Shown here: piece by piece, positions 56,085 through 64,000 of the stretch
Layout of the letters: every line of letters begins with the position of its first letter
Position numbering within the stretch: position 1 is the first letter of the stretch
Position numbers and translations under genes: made by a program
The notes under the pieces: model-generated
The model's database searches: none
Seen by the model: only the letters and a program-made list of their open reading frames with translations
What the model was told of the DNA's origin: nothing
Assembly (NCBI GenBank): GCA_951406725.2
Contig: OX597821.1
Span: forward strand, 23,622,001-23,686,000
Reading direction: 5' to 3'
From: Octopus vulgaris
Lineage: Eukaryota
DNA: 64,000 nucleotides

Positions 56085-57446
56085 AATGGAAATATATTGA
56101 CCTCTGGGCCAATGCTCACTCTGCAAAACTAGCAAAGAAATATGAAGTCGTGAAAGCAATGCTAGAGAAAATTAAGTACCTCAATCATCAGTGACATGCG
56201 TAGGCTTTAAGAGGTAAGTTTTCTCCTGCGACAACAAAGTGGACACGCCAAATACTCATGCTTTTCCTGTATGTGGGGCAACACAGCTATGGTAAAGCAT
56301 TAGGTGATCAAAGAATGGCCGCAGCAAGCATTAGTTACAAGGTCTTTTAATATGGTTGAAGAGCTTTTAGTTGAACTGGGAGAAATCATCCTACCTCTAC
56401 TCCACATCAAATTTGGTATTACGAAGCAGTTTGGACTATGCTTTCATTACATCTACAGCACATTTCTCGGTCTAAGCAGTGCAAAAATAAAAACATGAGA
56501 ATTTCATGAGCCACAAATCACTAAATTGATGAAAGATGGGAACTGTGAATCCAATGAATTTCATTGAAGCAGCAGCATGGAATTCGTTTATGATTTTAAA
56601 TTACTTTCTGGGCAACAAGAAAACAGCCAATTATGTCGAAATAATCGACAACATGCTGAAGAACTTTCAAAAGTTGTGAGTAAATATGAACACAAAGCTA
56701 CACTCCCGCCACAGCCACCTAGATAAATTCCTTGAAAATCTTGGTGCCGCAAGTGACAAACTGGCAAAATGTTTCCATCAGAACATAACATCAATGGAAC
56801 AAAAGTATCAGGTCAGATGGGATTTACATATAATGGTTTCAAATTCTGGCACAAGGCTAACAGTTTGCGGGGAAGGATTAAGTCGATTACATCGACCCCA
56901 GTGTTTAACAGGTACTTATTTTATTGACACCGAAAGGATGAAAGGCAAAGTTGCCCTCAGCTTCATTTGAACTCAGAACATAAAGACGGACGAAATTCTG
57001 CTAAGCATTTTGCCCAGTTCACTAACGATTCTGCCAGCTTGCCGCCTTAAAGAACTTTCATATGATGGCAGACTAATGCTGGAACTTGGCTCGGGATCTT
57101 CCTGAGGTTTAGCACTCAAGAAAATCAGCCAAATGCGAATTCATGAGAAGTTAGACATAATCATTGACGTAAATTGCTAGTAGGAATTTTAGGGTTTTTA
57201 CTAGTTTTTCAGTAGTTTGGTGAAAAACCAATTTTTATGTATGTTTGTATATTATGCCTTGTTACTCACAAGTTATTTTATTGAAAAAAAAAACCAAATT
57301 AAATTCTATGGCTACTGCATCTTAAAATCTTGACTTGATGGCAACAAATGGATGTCATTTTTGCACTCTGTGTCAAAAAAAAAAAAAAACCTAGTTCCGG
57401 TCCAAATCTTATGAGAAGACGGAATTTTTGTTTTTGTTGTCCTGTG
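56085..57446 (+). pseudogene. Chapaev3-like (CMC) DNA transposon: decayed transposase C-terminal half and right TIR
   Basis: LEKIKY, QQSGHAKYSCF.CMW, LPLLHIKFG..KQF, PQI.KLMKD, HSHLDKFLENLGAASD..FHQ.I..MEQKYQ.RWD; ends ttttgttgtcctgtg|tta. Confidence 0.75.
56841..57047 (-). mobile_element. SINE family C inserted in the Chapaev3-like transposase
   Basis: Interrupts RWDLH|MMAD. Confidence 0.85.
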
Positions 57447-57754
57447 TTATTCCAGTGACCTATCTACTAGAATTATTTTCCTAATACTAATTACAGTCAG
57501 AATATCGAGCAGAATTATTTGTTTCTCTAGTTATTTATTCGATTTTCTCCATCTAGCGTCTGTAAGGTTTACAAAACTGACATTTGAACTCAGAACATCA
57601 GAATAAATGCAGAGAGGAATTTTCTCCGATGCGCTAACGACTCTGCCAATTTTGAATAAACTAAGCATGCATTTACCTACATCACTGTCTCGTCACCACA
57701 CTAAGAGTTGCTGCCAAAATGTTCCCCTCTTACCTCCACTGCCGCTACACCTCC

Positions 57755-57772
57755 GCCACCACCACCACCACC

Positions 57773-57803
<31 letters not shown>

Positions 57804-58245
57804 TTAAGATTGCCAGGAAGAAAACCAAACCGAGGTGAGAATTCTAACCATTTCCACCGTTACTGAACTAATTCAACCGAATTTTAGTAATTTCATTCAT
57901 TAAACCGTCTTGTTAATTGGCGCTACTGTTGTTATTGGTGTCGTTGCTGTCTTTAATAGGCAGTAGTGGAAGCAGTGGTGGTGGTGGTGGTGGTGGCGGC
58001 GGCGGCGGCGTCAATGGTGGTTGTGTTACTGCTGGTGGTGGTGGTTCTGGTAGTGGCGGTCACGATGGTGTTAATTGCTGGTGGTGGTGGTGGCGGCGGC
58101 GGCGGCGGTGGCGAAGGTAGTGGTATTGGTATTACTGTGACATTGACGGTGTTGGTGGAGGCAGTGGTGATAGTGAAAGTGGTGGCGGTAGTGAGAGCAG
58201 CAACCTTTATGGTGGTGGTGGCGGCGGCAGCGGAGGTGGTGTTTA
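57755..58245. repeat. (CCA)/(CAA) and (GGT)/(GGC) trinucleotide tracts
   Basis: Direct reading. Confidence 0.9.
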
Positions 58246-58625
58246 GCTCCAGTGCAACACATCATCCAACAAACCTGTCATCAAAGCTGTTCTAGCTGTA
58301 ACTATCCAGTAATTTATTTCAGACTTAAATGTATCTAGGAATAAATTATTTGAAGTGTCCTTCTATTATTTCAAGTACGTATTGTATGATTTGAAGGGGG
58401 TTTGGTTGCTACGTTTAACAAGTCAAGCGCCCGAGTAAAGGGTTCTGTCTTTTATCGTAACTCAGGCTATAATATAGACCAGTGATTCTAACCGGGGTCC
58501 ATATGGCCCTTGGCGAGGGTCCACATAAGATTTTATTGTTAAATTTATGCGCAATAAATCGCTTATACTTCTACAATACACGAAATATTCTAATTTTTTT
58601 TTTCCATACAGATCCTAACTAGATG

Positions 58626-58955
58626 ACACTCCGGCAGTTACAACAAAGGTTCCAGTTTTGATCCAATCAACGTAAAAACCAGCTCGTGAAATTAACGTGC
58701 AAATGGCTGAGCACTCCAAAGACACGCGAATCCTTAACGCAGTTCTCAGGGAAATTCAATGTGACACAGAATGTGACAAGGCCGGTTCTTTAGATTACAG
58801 GGTGCAACTCACATTTGCCAGTTGACTGGACTGGAGCAACGTGAAATAAAGTGTCTTCTTCAAGGATACAACGCAGAGCTAAGAATCGAACTCACAACCA
58901 TACGATTTACGATCGTGAACAGAATACCCAAACCACTAAGCCAAGTGTCTTCACT
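58626..58955 (-). mobile_element. tRNA-derived SINE related to family B
   Basis: Same core as 17785-18112; another core fragment at 59990-60133. Confidence 0.8.
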
Positions 58956-58964
58956 TACAACTTC

Positions 58965-59163
58965 TTTTATTCTTTTACTTGTTTCCGTCATTTGACTGCG
59001 GCCATGCTGGAACACCGCCTTAAAGTGTTTTTTGTTGAACAATTCGATCCCAAGACTTATTTTTATGCCTAGTACTTGTTCTATCGATTTCTTTGCCGAA
59101 CCGCTAAGTTACGGAAACGTAAATACACCAACACTGGCTGTCAAGAAACAGAGGCACAAAGAA

Positions 59164-59230
<67 letters not shown>

Positions 59231-59781
59231 ACTTATAAATAAGGGCAAAAAAAAATTTTTAATGCCAAATATGCCGAAAATTGGACATATTGTCCATTAC
59301 CATATAATTTATCACAATACGCACGCTACTCGAAAAAAAAAGCCGACAGAAATTTCTAAAAATTCCATTATTACCATATCGGACCGATTTCAGGGTTAGT
59401 TCGTGAAAACCTCCCTTCGTCAGTGATAAATGTGGTAAAGAAATAAATATTTATTTCATTTATTTCTTTACCACATTTGTCACTGACGAAGGGAGGGTTC
59501 TTACGAACTAACCCTGAAATCGGTCCGATATGGTAATAATGGAATTTTTAGAAATTTCTGTCGGCTTTTTTTTCGAGTAACGTGCGTATTGTGATAAATT
59601 ATATGGTAATGGACAATATGTCCAATTTTCGGCATATTTGGCACTAGAAATTTTTTCGTTTGCTCTTATTTATAAGTTGTTTATAATTTTAACCGTTAAA
59701 GGTATTTTTTAATATGCTGGCCATTGATAAAATTTTTTTTTTCGAAATATTTATATATAAATATTTTAAAATATATATATA

Positions 59782-59832
<51 letters not shown>

Positions 59833-59986
59833 GACAGGCTTCTTTCAGTTTCTGTCTACCACATCCATTCACAAGGCTTTGGTCGGCCCGAGGCTATAAT
59901 AAAATACACTTAACCAATGTGCCATGCAATGGGACTGAGCCCAAAACCATGTGGTTGGGAAGCAAGCTTCTTACCACACAGCCACA
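58965..59986 (-). mobile_element. SINE family A interrupted in its microsatellite by a palindromic element
   Basis: 3' half 58965-59160, 5' half 59830-59986. Confidence 0.85.
59230..59678. mobile_element. ~450-bp near-perfect palindrome, inverted Penelope pLTR-like, one hammerhead motif per arm
   Basis: Arms 59230-59448 and 59458-59678; CTGACGA-agggagggtt..aaccct-GAAA-tcgGTC at 59483-59525 and its mirror. Confidence 0.85.
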
Positions 59987-60659
59987 CCTTGCAGTGGATG
60001 AGCACCCCACAGACACGCGAAGCCTTAACGTAGTTCTCAGGGAGATTCAGCGTGACACAGAATGTGACCAGGCCGGCCCTTTGAAATACAGGCACAGCTC
60101 ACTTTTGCCAGTTAACTGAACTGGAGCAACGTGTATATAATTACATTAATTTTTTTTATATACATCGAATGGCTGTGTGGGCCCAGGTGAGAAAAATAGG
60201 TCTCAAATGAGTTGATAGGCAAAAAATGATTGGGAATATCTGATACAGGGTCAGTGATAAGAGCAAATATAGTCCTTGGGCCTGTTGTTATTTAGTGCCG
60301 GGTCAAAACTGGTCCAACAAATTGCGAGCATTCATTGTATAAATGTAATCTCCCCCCCCCCCACCTTCTCTGTTTCCTTCTCTTTTTCTGAAGAGTGCGT
60401 TTACGTGTGCATATATGTTCTTTATCTTTTACTCATTTTACTTCGAGCTCCTTGCAGTTTCCGTCTACCAGATCAACTCACAAAGTTATGGCCGGTCCAA
60501 GGCTATAGCAGTAGACACTTGCCCAAGTTGCCACGCCGTTGGTTTGTACTGGAGCCATGCGCTTGGGAAACAAACTTCTTACCACACACCTATATATATA
60601 TATGTGTGTGTGTGTGCATAATATAATATAAATAATAATATAAATAATATAAATGTATA

Positions 60660-61063
60660 GGCGTAGGAGTGGCTGTGTGGTAAGTAGCTTGCTAACCAAC
60701 CACATGGTTCCGGGTTCAGTCCAACTGCGTGGCACCTTAGGCAAGTGTCTTTTACTATAGCCTCGGGCCAAACCAAAGCCTTGTGAGTGGATTTGGTAGA
60801 CGGAAACTGAAAGAAGCTCGTCGTATATATGTATATATGCGTGTGTGTGTTTGTGTGTCTGTGTTTGTCCCCCTAGCATTGCTTGACAACTGATGCTAGT
60901 GTGTTTATGTCCCCGTTACTTAGCGGTTCGGCAAAAGAGACCGATAGAATAAGTACTGGGCTTACAAAAGAATAAGTCCCAAGGTCGAGTTGCTCGATTA
61001 AAAAAGGCGGTGCTCCAGCATGGCCGCAGTCAAATGACTGAAACAAGTAAAAGAGTAAAGAGT
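60660..61063 (+). mobile_element. SINE family A, full length
   Basis: ggcgtaggagtggc... to aaaagagtaaagag. Confidence 0.93.
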
Positions 61064-61107
61064 ATATGCATATGTACATACATCTATATGTATATATATA
61101 TGCATAT

Positions 61108-61695
61108 GTGGACACAGGACGTCACGAAGCGTGTACAACCAAAAATACGAAGCACGAGTACATGGAACATGAACTATTCTTTCGAACATCGAAAGACACA
61201 AATGGAAAACAAAACAAACAACATAAAGAACGACCCTTCATCAGTTGTTGGCTGTTTTTTTAGTCTCGTATTTCGAGCATTTAACAAAAATATACGCTTT
61301 CGATAAAACAGTTGCTCCCACAAAGCAACTTAAATAAAATTTGGGATTTTGTGGAGGGTCAAAATTGGTAACACAAACAGGACAGTGAAAACAAACAGGA
61401 AAAGTTGCTAAGCCTAAACGAGGTTCTGGTGGTGAACGCGTAAATCAAGTTTAGACAAGAGACAAACAAGAACACGTCTTCCTTGTTCCAGCTATAACAA
61501 AGAGAAAGATGGTCGATGGTCACGTAGGAGCCACGTGAGCAAGGGAAGAGGAGTTAGGGAGAGAGAGTGTGGGAGAAGAGGAGGTAAAAGAATAAGAGAG
61601 AGAAAGAGAGAAAAACGAAAGAGTAAAAAGATCGTATAGAGTGCGCATCAGAAATAAGATAAAACTTACTTAGAAGCGATGCGTGGCGTTCAGTC
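61108..61695 (-). mobile_element. Unclassified repeat, possibly Penelope-related
   Basis: Bounded by TA-rich tracts; weak similarity of 61434-61527 to 38000-38095; contains ctgatgaaggg on minus strand. Confidence 0.4.
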
Positions 61696-61809
61696 ATATA
61701 ATAATCATACAATAATATAAATAATATATGTATTTATATATATATATGCATATGCATACGTATATGTACATACTTACATCTATTCGAATATATATATATT
61801 ATTATTTAT

Positions 61810-61858
<49 letters not shown>

Positions 61859-62553
61859 CGAGTTCATGGAGCATGACAATAGCTAAATTACGAAAAGGTT
61901 TCATGCCAGAGTTGGAGATTAAAATCCAGTAGCCATCAGAAATGGTTAAATGGAGCATTATGGCCTGTGGTCATTGTCACTGGAAGCCTGAAAATGTTAC
62001 ATCTACTTTACGGATCTTAGGGCCTGAAGTGAAAAATAGGAATGGAGTTCATGAAAGAGTTCACCCAGATTAAAACCAAAGAAAACGGATATTTAGTTCA
62101 TCGGAGTTATACCACTTGGATTGGGACCTCCACCCAATGTCCGCCACAGTATATACGATATTTATTTGTAGGGTAGAGATAAGGCAAAGTCGTGGTGGAG
62201 ATAGAGATGTTGGGGGTTTGTGAGGATGGGAAAAGTATGGAAAAGTCAAGTTTAAAAGCATGCATGGTCTTGTACATGTGTGTGCGTGTGTATGGGTTCA
62301 CATGTATCCGAGTCAAATGTAGTGGCAACAAACTTAATGTTAATTCTTCACATTGCTTTGTTTACGTCCTCGGTTCGGCAAATGTCCCCGTGGGGGAAAT
62401 GCCAGACTCAAAAACAAAAACCAAAAAAGAAAAATGTAAGAAATACTGTGGTTGATCTGTTCGTGTAAAATTGGGAGAAAACTCCGATGGGGAGAAGAAG
62501 CAACGTTTATATTTATGGTGCAGCTGGTTCAGTTTGCAGAGGATATCAGCCAG

Positions 62554-62588
<35 letters not shown>

Positions 62589-62792
62589 GCTAGATTTGTC
62601 AGTCATCGTTTCAAAACATTTGGGTGATTGATTGAATGACCGAACGATTATTCAAGCAATCCATTAATTTATCGGTTAAATGGTTAACCAATTGACTAAT
62701 AATGATAATAATAGTTTCAGATATTTAGTGTTTCACTTGTACTTAATTTATCGACCTCGAAAGGATGAAAAGCGGAGTCGACCTCGGCGGAA

Positions 62793-62843
62793 TATATAGT
62801 TATTTCCCTTACAAACCCGAGCAACGCCGGGCGATACTGCTAG
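62793..62843 (+). mobile_element. Isolated Helitron 3' end
   Basis: tatatagttatttcccttacaaacccgagcaacgccgggcgatactgCTAG matches the ends of the 33994 and 35279 copies. Confidence 0.9.
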
Positions 62844-62915
62844 TATATTATAAGTACACATATATGTATAGATACAAACAATTCTCCCAGAAATATACAA
62901 CCAAACGTGTGTATG

Positions 62916-62981
<66 letters not shown>

Positions 62982-63175
62982 TCATTGTTTCGATATCCAC
63001 TGTCCATTTTTTTAAAAGATAGTAGGATGTGATGAGGTAGGTTTGAGTATTATTTCTAACGGGTTAGGACACTTAAGAGACTATAGATGTGTATGCGTGT
63101 GTATGGCGCGGCCGCTGTTTTTTCATTTGTTGTTATTTTATATGTTCTCTCTCTCTCTCTCGCTCTTTCTCTCTT

Positions 63176-63228
<53 letters not shown>

Positions 63229-63799
63229 GTGTGTGACCTATTAGCTGCTGTCATTTGACACGTTCATCTGAAACAAACATCTTTGAAGACGCTGTCTTTA
63301 ATAGATAAAATTAATGGCAAACAATGAGAACGTAAATCTTGTGTTCAAAACATTATCTACAACAACAACGACAACAACAACGACAACAACAAAACACACA
63401 CATACACACTTAAAAGTAATATCAGTAACCGTACACAAACAACACAACCAACCACCACCACACCCACGAACGACAACAAAGATTAAAGATAAACAATATA
63501 ACATATTTTTTTCTCTCACTCTTAATACAAACTCACGCACGCGCCACACACATAATATGCATATATATATATATATACATATATAGATATATTATTTATA
63601 TACTATATATATATGTATAATATATATACTTATATATACACACATCTAAAATAGATGTGTGAATAAGTGTGTATTTCTGTATACATGTATATGCATATAT
63701 ATGAATACGTATCAATATATATATGTACAATATATATATATGTATGTATATATATCTATATATTTATACATTTGTATTATGTAGGTATATGTATGTATA

Positions 63800-63831
<32 letters not shown>

Positions 63832-64000
63832 GGTGTTGGTGATTATGCTAATTTTCATATCATATCTTTATCTCAAAAATTGAAGTGGTCTTGGGTGTGT
63901 GTGTATATATATATATATATCATTTACATATACTTGTGTGTGTGTGTGTGATGATGTATATATATATATCATTTACATATGTGTGTGTGTGTATACAATT

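Overview
Eukaryotic, extremely repeat-rich intronic or intergenic DNA. The SINE families and microsatellite load look like an Octopus (coleoid cephalopod) genome; this is recognition from memory, not a database result. I find no intact host gene, rRNA, true tRNA or CRISPR array, and nearly all ORFs in the track are translations of microsatellites or SINEs. The window is a mosaic of several tRNA-derived SINE families, decayed non-LTR retrotransposons (RTE, Tx1/L1-like, R4/Dong-like, Penelope-like), decayed DNA transposons (Tc1, mariner, Chapaev3-like), hAT and Tc1/mariner MITEs, non-autonomous Helitrons and many microsatellites. The most interesting signals are (i) several independent hammerhead-ribozyme-like motifs, including a ~450-bp near-perfect palindrome carrying one on each strand and a core-variant hammerhead heading a structured two-copy element, (ii) repeated fold-back inversions, and (iii) LINE families tied to specific tetranucleotide repeats. 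Coordinates were read by eye and boundaries of decayed elements are approximate.
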